A stretch of 64,000 bases of DNA, from the NCBI RefSeq assembly GCF_001949145.1, contig NW_019091360.1, positions 3,949,816 to 4,013,815 of the forward strand. Reading direction: 5' to 3'. Positions 1 to 12,100 of this stretch are shown here, one piece after another. A program made the position numbers and the translations under genes. The notes under the pieces were generated by a model that saw only the letters and a program-made list of their open reading frames with translations, did not search any database and was not told where the DNA came from. Position 1 is the stretch's first letter. Every line of letters begins with the position of its first letter. The stretch comes from Acanthaster planci (taxonomy: Eukaryota).

Positions 1-1319
1 CCTTGCCCAATGGAAACACGAGTCCATAAAAATCTCCATGGCAGTACTTTCAATTGATGTTTTCGGTTTTTGGAACCCATTTTCTTAACTTTCAGTGTGA
101 CTACTTCTGAGATCTTCTCGATTATGTATTTCTGGCAAAATGTCTATTATTCAAAAAGCAACAAGCAGGAGTTGTTAGGTTTGATCACAGTTTGGGTTAA
201 ATTTTCAAAAATTTACATTACATAATCTGTGTCATTTAAGCAAATGGAACCACATAAAGGAAAGTCAATGTACTTCATTCTTTTTCCTGTTATTGTTAAG
301 TTGCCTCGTTTTGGAAGTTCATTTGTACATGTAGGTCAATCAAAGTCACTGTAAGAAATTGCTCGTATCATGACAACCATATGCCAGCTCATCATAATGC
401 ATTCTGTTCTTAAAATGTTATTACCACTACTCCATGCAAAGTCATCATCCATGTACTTAGATCAGCTTACTTCTAGCGCTTAGGGTTTGCATGGCTGCCA
501 TCTTGCAGGCCAAAGCTTTTATTTCACTTGGTATGCACAAAGGAGGTTTCCTGTGGAACAAAAGAACTGCCCTGCAAGATGGCCACCATGTAAAGCCTGT
601 GTAGAATTTATGCATGACTGCCATCTTTCCGGTCAATGCTATTGAGGGCGCTGTTGAGCGGCTGCTTTTGTTAGTTACATAAGAGATGCCTTGCAACAAT
701 ACACTGTTCTCAATGGATAAGGAAGGCTTAAAAGAACCAGTCCACAAAAAAAGCTTGCCCGAATCACGAGGTACAGCAACAGTGTCTTTAGTCTGGGGAA
801 TTCAAATCGTTATGGTTTATGTGCAATCAGATAACTCAGTGTACCAGATTTATTCAAATTTAACTCGCAAAAGGCTTAAATTGCAGTCTTCTTTGGCCCC
901 TCACGGCCAGTAGTTACCAAAATTGCCCCATGGCAGCAGAGTGACAGTCAGCTTTACATGTATACTGATTTTGGAGTAGCTTGCCTGAGTTATACACAAA
1001 CTGAACTACTGACACTTTTGAGGGGCATGCTTTATCTACTATTGATAAGAACTTCATGAGGTCTCTTGGAATTACTAAGCGTTGGCGAGCATGTTAAAGT
1101 GGCAGATGTAGACGTCTTCTTGAGACCTCCCTCCCATATCACAAGCTGTCTGTTATTCCAGCTTTTTACAGGCTTCCAGTACTGGTTACCGCAAGAAAGG
1201 TTTCTCACCCTTTTACTGGAAATGGTCAGCAATTAGCTATTGGGACTTTTAACACCAATCGTTCATGTTCCTCGCCATCCATTTTTTTCAAACTGTGGAG
1301 GGGATCACACTGTGAGACT

Positions 1320-2940
1320 GTGCATAAATATGCAGCCTCTCAAGAACAAAACTGAGGGCGATATCGACTATATTTAGTTCTGGTACTGATATTTTTGCAT
1401 TAACGGAAGCCTGGCTCAGGGATGTTGATGATGCCTGCAGAACTGAGGCAACTCCAGCGGGATTAGAGCTTCTAGACCACCCAAGAACCAGTTGGATGGG
1501 GGGGCCACTGTATTGCTTCTTCATGATGGTATGGAAGTTGGCAAGATGGCGGCAGGTGAACGCCAATCATGTGAATTTTCTGAATGGTTAATCAGGTCTG
1601 GATCACAGCTTCTCAGACTGGTCATTGTATACAGGCCACCGTATTCATCTAACGATCGAACCACTGTGACTGCATTCATTAACCCTAACTCCCTAGGGTG
1701 TGTGCAAAATCACACTAAAATTGGAGGATTCAGGACTGTTAGGGTTAATGAGTTTTCTGATTATTTAGAATCAGTCTCATTATCAAGTGAACCACTTGTG
1801 ATTACTGGAGGTTTTAACATTTATGTTGATAGAATCCAAAACCTTGATTCTGTGCACTTCATTGAAATGCTTGAGTGTAGATGTATGAGCTTGCAGCAGC
1901 CAGCATGTCTCTACTCCTACTCATGTATATGGTCACACATTGGATCTAATAATCACCTGTTAGAGTCCATTGTCCAGGGCATTTAAATCATTGACCAGTT
2001 ACATGTATATTCTGATCATTCGTCAGTTTTGTGTAATATAAATTTTAATATAAGCCATGCGTGTGAAAGGAGTGTAGCAAAGTTGAGGTTATTGATTTGG
2101 CTCCTTAAGTTTAGGGATGACTTTTTCAGTTCAGAATTATGTAATGATGATTCAGCTCATGTTAATCCAGAGGATCTTGATGGCCTAGTTCAGTTGTATA
2201 ATGATACCTTGTGTACTGTTATTGACCACCATGCACCAATTAGGACTAAAACCCTTCTGGTTCAACCAGGAGTACCTTAATTGGTTTAATAATGACATCA
2301 AAATGGCCAAGTGAGAGAGAAGAACACTTGAAAGTCAGTGGTGTTTGACTAGGTCACAGCAAGATTTAGACTTGTTCAAATGCAAGAATAATAATGTCAC
2401 ATTTTTAACGAATATTGGTGTCAGGAATATTATACTGATTTTATAGAAGATAAGAGTTCTGATCCAAAGAGGCTTTTAAGGCCAATAGGTCTCTTTTCCT
2501 AAGTAGGTTTCAGTTTTACCTTCACGTACTGATGATTTACAGCTTGCTAACTGTATGAGTGAATTTTTTTTGTCCAGAAAATTTTAAACAGTGTGGTAGG
2601 TTAAAACTGCATTGTATGGATTGCTTGCTTACACACGACATGCCTATTTCCTCTGAACCGAGATTCATCCATTTTGACCGATTTTAGCCAATTTTTCCAA
2701 AGTTGTGTTCGTAAACTTGTGACTGGTTCCAGCAGGAAAACGTGCTTACTGGATCCAATTCCTACTTAACAATTGAATTCTCTTTTGCCATTCATTACAA
2801 GGCTGGTCGACATTTCGTTAAGTACCGCGTATTTTCCAGGAGGATTAAAATCAGCTGTTGTTCTTCCTCTTTTAAAAAAAGCCTGGACTCATTTATTTCA
2901 AGTAGGCCTGACTATTGTAACAGCTTGCTTTATGGCTTAC
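1320..2940 (+). mobile_element. Decayed L2/CR1-group LINE ORF2 (APE endonuclease plus RT remnants, internally deleted)
   Basis: Frameshifted motifs DIFALTEAWL, IVYRPP, ITGGFNI (GDFN), GHTLDLII, SDH, IDHHAPIRTK, LLDPIP, SRPDYCNSLLYGL. Confidence 0.88.
1679..1748. mobile_element. 62-bp piggyBac-like MITE with TTAA duplication, inserted in the LINE
   Basis: TTAA-CCCTAAC...GTTAGGG-TTAA; removing it restores the endonuclease reading TAFINEFSDYLE. Confidence 0.75.
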
Positions 2941-3199
2941 AGTTAGAACATAAAGTCAGAACTTGAATAGCCTGAGGGGAACTTCAAGGTGCTAACTTTG
3001 CAAAACCACAATTTAACAATGTCTAGTTAAAAACACAGAGCATTATGTGTGTGTATCCGTCAAGCATACATGTATGCCAAATGCAGAAGCTACCCACAGG
3101 GAGGAAACATAGCCTATAGAATCAACATTGCATTCATCCCAGACGCACCCTACAAAAGTATTCCAGGAGAAAATACCAAGGGGAGGATTGTTCATTGAC

Positions 3200-3737
3200 T
3201 GCCCAATGTCGCTTCATTTCCCTGGCGCAAGTTCTGGCAGAAAATATTATTCCCATGGAGGAGAGGTGGACCCCGGCATAGCGATACAAAGACATCTCAG
3301 TCCATGTAAACTGTGGATGAGGCAGATGATGCACTCCTAGCTTTGCATATTGCTAGTCTTGGCCCAAAGATTGAGTGCTTTGCACTTAGATTCAAGTGAG
3401 GACTGTGAGCGTGCCCTAAAGTAAAACACCCGTGGAGAATAGCTGACCACATCAACATAGTTTGCTGGAATTGCACTGTATTGAAGTATTTGTTGACACA
3501 TACAAAACTCGTTCATATGAATCATATCATTAGTACCAACACGAATGAGTAAAACGGGGGGGGGGGGGCAGCAGTGCACCTTGTTGATAATATGTTGGAC
3601 ACATCCCCCAAAGGGGCACTGCGTTTGCCTCGCCAACTAACAGTGATGTCCAAATTGAGCTGGCCTGCTGCCCTACAGACCAGGGAGTCTCCAATGGTCA
3701 GTATGTGACCTACAGAGGTACCGGGTAGTGAGGGCAA
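3200..3737 (-). mobile_element. Frameshifted SGNH/GDSL hydrolase remnant, probably retrotransposon-derived
   Basis: Blocks in the correct order: ILTIGDSLV, WRGKR, VLLIRVGTND, LYRYAGVHLS (decayed DGVH), split across three ORFs. Confidence 0.7.
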
Positions 3738-4742
3738 AAATGGAGGAAAAAGAAAACTTGGCTGAAGGAACCGAAATATTCAATGTGGGGGGTTCCATCA
3801 GTGGACTCACAGGAATCGAGTGAATATGAGTGGTAACTCTGTTAAAGTACCCATGATTTGTGATCCCTTTGGGATTGGTCAGAATCCTGCCTTTAGTTAT
3901 CTGCAATCCTGTATACCAGGCAAGATATGGGACGGAGGGGTACCCCCCTTATCTGCCCAATCCCTGTACACACTCTAGACTATTGTTACCTAACACATCC
4001 CCTCTAGAAGTCTGTANNNNNNNNNNNNNNNNNNNNNNNNNNNNNNNNNNNNNNNNNNNNNNNNNNNNNNNNNNNNNNNNNNNNNAATCCTGGACAAAAT
4101 AGTTGGAACACCTTGTGGGAAGCGCAGTGAAAAGATCCCCCTCTCCCCCATTCAATGTTGCGGTAATTTATTGGACCAAGATTAAGCCCAACTTACCCAA
4201 CGAGAAACAACATTGACAGGGGGCGAGGGGGAGGCATGTTCCAACGAGATTTGTCCAGGATTGTCTCTAAAAAGTCCGCCTAATCCTAATAGGGAGTGCG
4301 TACATCCCGCTCTTAAAAAATGCTGCACATGCACGCATGATAACAACTGGAGCGGTACACCACCTCAACTGAAAAAACATCCGTTTTCTTTTTCTTTCAC
4401 GGTTCACCGTTGCAATGTTTGCAACATCTGAAACCCAACCAGAAAGTGAAAAGAGCTCAGACAAAATTGTGTACTCCTCATGTAACCATATTGCCCGTCA
4501 GGCCGAATAAAATACATTTAGAACTGATGTCTCACATTTACTGTCCATTCCAGCTGTGAGGAATTTTACTCTTGGATAGCGCAGATATTGACAGGTGCCA
4601 AATACAGTCGTTCCTGACATATATGTAGATATTGCTGGTTGCCAATATCCATTCTATTAGTGAATGAAATGTTAAATTAGCAGATCAAAAATTGGCATGG
4701 TACAATTGCTGTACTTGTCTTTCACTTTGTTCATTGAGAATG

Positions 4743-4952
4743 CAGTGGCATACATGTACAGGGTAACTGGTGCTACATTTCTGGCGTAGGAGGGGGCAAC
4801 TGGGGGTGCACATATTTTTTCAAGGGGGCACCACCAGAAAACAAGCTGCAGCTACATTACAACGGACACTGTTCAAAGTTTTCAAATAGGGGGCACTGGG
4901 GGAGGGGGTTATAGCATCCGAACATGCCCCCCCTCCTGTAGTTACGCCACTG
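4743..4952. mobile_element. hAT-like MITE (about 210 bp)
   Basis: Termini CAGTGGC...GCCACTG; flanking 8-mers TGAGAATG / TGAGACTG (8-bp TSD, 1 mismatch). Confidence 0.65.
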
Positions 4953-5498
4953 TGAGACTGACAGGAAATGTTCCAATTTGAGAAGTTGTATTAATGTCAG
5001 TTATACTCTTTATTGTAGATAATGCCATATGGTATGTTCACGTCCACCTGGTTTCCCACGGTTCCAACAGAGATTGGATGATTCAACATCATGTCATTCT
5101 TTTCTGCTGGTCATTTGCTGGAGACTATAGAAGGTAAGATGGACAGTGCTTCTGTTGCAACATGGATTCACTTTTTCATATTTAGTTTCTGGTTTTGATG
5201 AAAATTAGTTTCTTACCGGGGGGGAGGGGGTTGAGAGGTGTTTCAGCAGAACCAAAGTCAAATGACAGATGGCTGAGGTCACTCAATAAAGATTGGCCCA
5301 ATGCCACATACATCAACCTCAACTATCCTCACTCCATCAGTCAGAGGACTGAGGGCTGTAAGGGTTAATAGGAACTTACAAGACATCGTGAGCTTGATGC
5401 TGGGAGGGGTGTTTACAAAGGTCACATACATATGTAGTTGTAAGTCTTTCTCATCTTTATTCATATGATTTATTCATAAAGTCTTTTGCTAAATCAAG

Positions 5499-5593
5499 TA
5501 TAAAGAATCAGTAGCACTTTAATGACTAACTATTAAAGTAAAACTCTGTTTTACTTTAATAGTTAGTCATCAAAGTGCTACTGATTCTTTATA
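5499..5593. repeat. Near-perfect inverted repeat (46-bp arms, 3-nt loop)
   Basis: TATAAAGAATCAGTAGCACTTT...GTAAAAC tct GTTTTAC...AAAGTGCTACTGATTCTTTATA with one mismatch. Confidence 0.95.
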
Positions 5594-5853
5594 TTTGTAT
5601 TCTACCTGACTGATACAGCTACCCACCGCTAAATCAAGTTAAATGCATGTACCAAAATGACATACACTGTATATACATGTACATGTATTGTAAATTATGG
5701 CTAGAACACATTATTTTGTAATGTACATGTACGTCAGCTGTTTACATGATGTCAAAATATATTCAGAAAGGGTACTCACTTGGAGTTGTACATTGGACCA
5801 TGTTTCCATAGTACCAGCTCTCTGAGTAAAGATTTGATGAATACTGCCCTCTT

Positions 5854-6113
5854 ATGTTGGAATTTGGCCAATTTGATCACTCCCAAGAGTCCAGCGATAG
5901 TGATCTTGACAGCAATGGCTTTGACACAGCATCTGAAGGTGAAGAGGCGCCAGAGTTCACCCAGCAATTGGTGGATCAAACAACCAGGGAGGGGGAATCA
6001 GTCATCTTTGTCTGTACAATCACTGGCCACCCCAAACCGGATGTGAATTGGTTCAGGAATAAGTCGGCCATTGGGAAACACGAAGACTTCACCATCGCTG
6101 TGAGCAGAGACAG
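5854..6113 (+). CDS. Exon 1: acidic N-terminus plus first part of I-set Ig1
   Basis: APEFTQQLVDQTTREGESVIFVCTITGHPKPDVNWFRN is an I-set Ig start; donor CAG|GTAAGT at 6114 (phase 2); in-frame TAA at 5827-5829 upstream of the ATG. The 5' end is less certain than the 3' end. Confidence 0.85.
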
Positions 6114-9100
6114 GTAAGTCGTTATCTTTTTTTCCTTTTTTGGTTAATGTGTATCATCTCAAATCACAACTTCGTCTGATGTCATTCTGTTTGTAACTAA
6201 AGAAGTTAGGAGAAAATTTTAATTTTTTAATGCTCAAGAGATATAGCTTGATTGTTTTAGCTTCATTTTTCTCATTAAAAAAGTATTCATGAATTATGCC
6301 TGAGTTATTTAATATGTTCTTTATGTTTATTTTACAATGGATGAAGAGACTGCAGTTTGCATAACACTACTGATATGAAATGGTTCTCATTTAAAAATTG
6401 ACTTTATTCATAATACATGCATGCACAAAAATAAATGATTTGTTAACTGTAATTTGATTAAAGTTTGATTGTTATTCCCAGAGCGAGAAGTTACCTTACC
6501 TTTCCAATGCATGAGTGATGGAGGAACCATCAAAATAAGTTGAATACTAATAGTCACTGTGAAAAATGTACTCTTCCATTCAGAATTTGTTGTGGCTCTG
6601 TGCCAGTAATCAGTAAAACATACCGGTATTCCTTCACGTTTAGCATTTCATGACACTCATTTAACGCTTAGCATTTCTGTTTTCTTGAATGACACTTCTT
6701 AATTCAAGATAACCTCACTTCCCATCGTTATATCATTCTGGTTATTTGTTTTCATTTTCAGTTTCAATTACTTTGCCATACAAACAACTTCCTGTTTCCT
6801 GTTCACTCCAAAGGTATTTAAGTACATGTTGGTGTACTTATCATATGTTTATTAGTTTAGATACCTCAGGCCAAGTATCATCCGATTAAGATCATCTATG
6901 TTTGTTCCTTGTCATTCCCTGAAGGATGTGAATTCCTTGAGATGAGCATTAATATCCGATGAAGGTTAAATTGTATTATTAAGTTGAAGAACATCAGATG
7001 ACAAATTAGGCCTTGTGTGAAGGCCAGGGTAAGAAATAGTTTAATAGTGTGAGGGGACATTTTCAAAACAACTTTTGTTTATTTCATGTTGTCTGCACAT
7101 TTTCTCGAAATTCTAGCAAAGCCAAAAGCACCAACAGAAAGGACAGTTTGATTTTTTTTTAATGACCAGTAAAACTAATGACACATCCCAATTTTTCTTC
7201 GTGGAATTCTGGATGAAAAACCAAAAAATCAAGACCTAACATTGGTTGATTGTAGGATTTACATGTTTGTACATGTAGATGTTCAGTTGAAAGAAAAATT
7301 GTTATAAATAGAGCTGGAAATAAACTTCCATATCTGCTCGGTAAACGTGTGGGTTTTACTTGTTGTCCGGTTGTTCTTCAAGACGGAAGTCCAATTTCTG
7401 TCAATATTTTATTTCATTGTACATCACTCACATACCCTGGGGATTGCGATTCCAATCTACAGTGTACATGTAGGTCTGGCAATGGTTGAAGAAATTATCT
7501 CCTAAGTTGTTGCACTTGGCATCCATATTGGAGCTCTAGAGTTGCCAATTAGAGGAGGCAAACAGGTCAGAGAATACTGGGAGAATGGTGTGTGTCAGCG
7601 GAGAGGTCGAAGAAAGCTGTAAATAATACAGGTCCTGGAATCTATGCCATACATCACAGCTTTGTACTGGATACGAATGGTTTATGTCAAAACGTCTGAA
7701 ATGGTTTGTTAGTTACAATAGTAGCCCTGCATTTGTGTATCAAATATTTTGACTGATGAAAGGATATTTCAAAGGAATTTTTTTTCATTCTGAGAATTTG
7801 AGCATTTTTCTCTGAAAAACTGCACATCGCTAGTGTTTACAATCAAAAGATTAAAAGCTAACCAATCAACTACCAGTACAGTATATAAAAGCCCTTGTGA
7901 CCTGAAAGTACAATTTACTGACAGTTACAAATTTATTGTCTTTACTTCTCAGAAAACAAATTTTTAAATGGATGATAATATTTATGGCAGTGTCCTCTAT
8001 TTGTAAACGTATGTATATTCTTGTTATGTCAAAGGTCTAGATTTTATAAATGAAGACAAGTGTTGTTTGATCATTCACATGACATTTCTGAGTAAATGGC
8101 CAAGTAATTCTCCCAGGAATCATAGAATCATGAAGGCTATCTTTGACGTAGTTCTTTTGGGATTAACGAGCAGAGTGACCCATATTGGAATGTGTTTGTG
8201 GGATTGGTATCGGATATAATGAGCCGACATTACGCCCATAGGCCACAGAACAGTTACTGTATCCAGCTTTAATTAAATACCAGCTCCCTCTTTCATGCTG
8301 TACATCTTCACGTGGGTATCCCGCAGGGTAAGTAATGTGACTGGTATTTTTCCACACGAGGCGAAGTGCTTTGCAGTAGTATCATTTTTCGAAATTTGTG
8401 AAGAGCAGGATGCAGTACCAACACGAACATCTCTGTTCCTGTAAGTTTTTCTCTACCGTAAAATGGCACCGATGGTAGAAAGATCTGTGTTAATCATATT
8501 TCAGTGTCAGATTTTCAGGATCCAATTAATCCATTCTCAGTTGAAATGCCTTTTGATAATAGTAATAATAACTTGTAAATGCGCACATATCCGCCCTATT
8601 GGGTGTTCAAGGCACAGCAAACCTTAAGATAAACAAATCATGGAAAGTAATACAAACAATCAAACTAAGTCCTTGAGACTTTGTGTTGTTAGAAGGGTTT
8701 TGAGTAGTGATTCCAATTTAGTGGTACAAGGACAAGATCTAAGGTGAAGTGGTATAGAGAGTTCCAGGTGTGTGGAGCTGCCACAGAAAAAGACCTGTCA
8801 CCCAGGGATGCCAAGACTTGGGTTCCTTGTGAAGTAGCATGTTGCTGGATCCTAGATTTCTTGTAGGAGTGTGAATTTGAAGTAGATCAGAAATGTAGGT
8901 CGGAGCTCTGCCGTTGAGTGCAGATTGACATGAGAATTTGATTGAGAATGATTGACGTCTTGGCAGACCAGTTTTAAGTCATTATGGTCTTTGAAGACAT
9001 CCTATCTAAATCCCCTCTTCAAGTTCCCATTACATTTCCCAAATATTTGAAGTCTTGAGATTTCCCATCCGTTCTGATCAAGCTCGTATTACATTTTACT

Positions 9101-12100
9101 GCTGCAAAAAGACTCTACTTTGCTGGACATAATTTCCATTTTCAGTGACATAAATTGTAGATTATCAGTGTTAAACTGCTCATTGGATTAAGATTTAATC
9201 AAGAGATTTGTATTTTGACCAAGAACCTTATTTCAGGAATTCAAACCACAAAGCGCAACATTTATCATATATGCCTTCAACTCCATAATTCATACCTGTT
9301 TTAGACAAAAACGTTTATACTTTAAAAACCATAATACATTTCAACACCTTGAATTCCATCCATCAGCATGTACATACATGTACATATACATGCAGTTGAT
9401 CTTTTTTAATCTTGGAATTCCTAGCCAGGCCATCTGGTCTGGAGAATTCATCCAGGTCATCTCTCCAAAAAAGTGCCCTTGGATGTCCTGGTGCTTTCAA
9501 CAGTGTGATATTAATTTGGGCATGTCTTTGAAGGCCTTCCGTTATCGCATTCGGTACCAGTTCATTGATTTTTATCCAGTAAATTACAGGGGCAAAATCC
9601 TCAACAAGTCTATGGCTGTCTTCCGAATTCTGTTCAATTAGAAACTGTTTGTCCCTACCTTAAAATGGCCAAAGTATGCAGCAAGGATCAAGTGAAGGTC
9701 CTACTGGAACCTGTCAGCTAATAATGTAAATTTCTAGCAGGCAATAGATGCAGTTGCCGTTAGTGAAATGTTGCAGATGTATTCATCAACTCCATCTAGA
9801 GATATTAAACTCTCCCAGCCTGTCATCCCTGGTAGCATCAAGATGGAGATTGGAGCATTTGACAGACTTGCGCTGAGATCAGAATAATTTTTATTTTAAT
9901 CAAGACGAACTAAAAGAATAGTTTCAATGGGTAATTGGTACACTTAAGGCTTCTGAAATGTACAGGGTTACATCTATCAAACTTTGAAATAGACTGAAAT
10001 GCTCAGTGAAATCAGTGGCATATCTGGGGGGGACGCACCCTCCCCAGATGCCCATGCTTCCCCAGTGGTCCCCTCCATTTAAAATCTGTCAAAAATCTCT
10101 GTTGAAATGTAGCTGCAGCTTATTTTCTTGTAGTGCTCCCTTGACAAAATGTGTGCACCCCCTGCCCCCCCCCACACTAGCCCCAGTTCAATATACAGGT
10201 TTGTAGGAGAATGTTATTAGAGAATGGAGGAATGGTCTGTTAACATATTTTTTATATTGGCCACAGGCTGCTTAAATTCAATTTCTTAGTTTTTGTATCA
10301 AATCTTCCCATAGTGATGAATGGCCGAAGCAACAGTAGGAATGAGTTTGTTTACACACTTAGCCTTGGCAGGATTTCCCATCTGCCTGTTACTCTCCCAG
10401 ATAAGTCATCAATTTGTATCCACTTGACCTCCATAATATTTGTTGCTCTTGAAAATGCCCTTTCAGACACCAACTGATGAATGGTCACAAGGTCAGTTAC
10501 GACACTCCACTTACAATGGGTGATGATGAGTGAATATTATCTTTTTAATTTCTGGACAGAGGACCGGACTTTTCACATGGTCTTTTACTTTAATTGAATT
10601 TGTAGCTTGTGGAAGCAACAAAACACAACTTCAGAGTGTGTTTGGGGTGTAAAGGAATTGTGAAGGAAGGAGAGACTTTGTGTTTGGCACCAGGAAAACC
10701 AAATTTGGTAACTTGTTGGTGTGGTGGTTCTTGTCCTGTTTTGCCTGCACCTTGGATGACAGCTTATTAGCCCTTCTAAACCTACCCCTCATTAATAGCC
10801 CACCCCTGGATGATATTGTCATGTATTTGGTAAAGAAGCCAGTCTTTATGAATCACTTCTGAAAGGTACTCCCCCTTCTGCCATCTCTCTATCTCCTTCA
10901 AGACCCATATGATTAGCTAAAGCTAGACAGTCACATTAAACCACTCAGAGACACCCCAAGAGTACAGTAATCAGGAAGGACTAATCTGTTGTACAACCAT
11001 CAAGACTAATCTCAACAGGTTCTATCTAGTTGATCTTGTTAGCCACATCATTGATAGGAGAAACCCAGCAACCCACCCCCTCACACCTATCAAAAAGCTA
11101 ATCTGGTTAGGCTGTACCCAGTCAGTCACTGTTAACATGCTGTTAGCCACTTCATGTGCCCCCCCCACTCACTTCACACCCTTCAAGGCTAATTGGATTA
11201 CCCAGTCACTGGGTACAATTCCCAAAGCAATACCCAACACCAAAATTCTGCCTAATGAACATCAACCCGAAAATGTAAGGTATTCTGTATGGTGAAAGTA
11301 CTTGGCATGATCATTTCTTTATGGGTACCATTTAAATTCAGAGTGACCATTACCAGGGAGGATGTCCAAGTCTGACCATGGTCTGACCTAGACATGACCC
11401 TGGTGGTGTTGTCTGCTTTGAGTTTAAGGGTACTCAACGGCAGATTTTTCTTAAAGGACATACATGTAGTCTTCACCTGACAATTTTATTTCCCTGAAGG
11501 AGGCAGTGGACAAACCATGTTGGAAGTGATGAGTGATCTTTCTTTTTGTCATTGCTTGAAGTGATTTTAAGTGATTACTTTCTGTTTGTCCAGACTGTTC
11601 CTTTTTGTATCAGAGAAGTTGGGAAGGAATTTTAATTAAATGACCATGTGATGACTGTACAAATGATTTCAAAAAGACAGCACACCCTCCGGAAATGTAG
11701 GCAGACTGAATTAGTCCATATTCTTTGTCCTACATGTAGCTCTATGGTTGATGTTTATTACCACTTTGTATGCCAAGTGAATATTGGGTGTAGGATCTCC
11801 CAAGGTTACCTCCTTATGAGGCATAAAGGGATGCCTTGCGTGAAGAGACATTGCACTTGCTGAAAAGCAATTAACTCAGATGTCATCTCCAGTTATACTC
11901 TTGCCAGGGATTGGCTGCAAAGTTTTGTGGTTGACTTAATAAAGTCTTAAGGCTAGGCAATGATGGGATGAAAACTTGGATGGAGGCTAATTAATTGGAG
12001 TTCACTGACCAAGCAGGATGGCTATGTATACTCATTAGCTCCTGCCGTTTCTAAAGTGCATCTCACCTTATGCCACATACATGTACATGACCCAGCACTG

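Noticed and set aside
5019..5133. Possible upstream exon (tgtAG ... AAG|GTAAGA)
   Set aside because: Splice signals are plausible, but there is no recognisable peptide and no clear acceptor to join; it may be a UTR exon but cannot be supported.
10630..11560. Possible decayed LTR-retrotransposon gag/protease region
   Set aside because: Only vague similarity; no catalytic motif or LTR could be identified.
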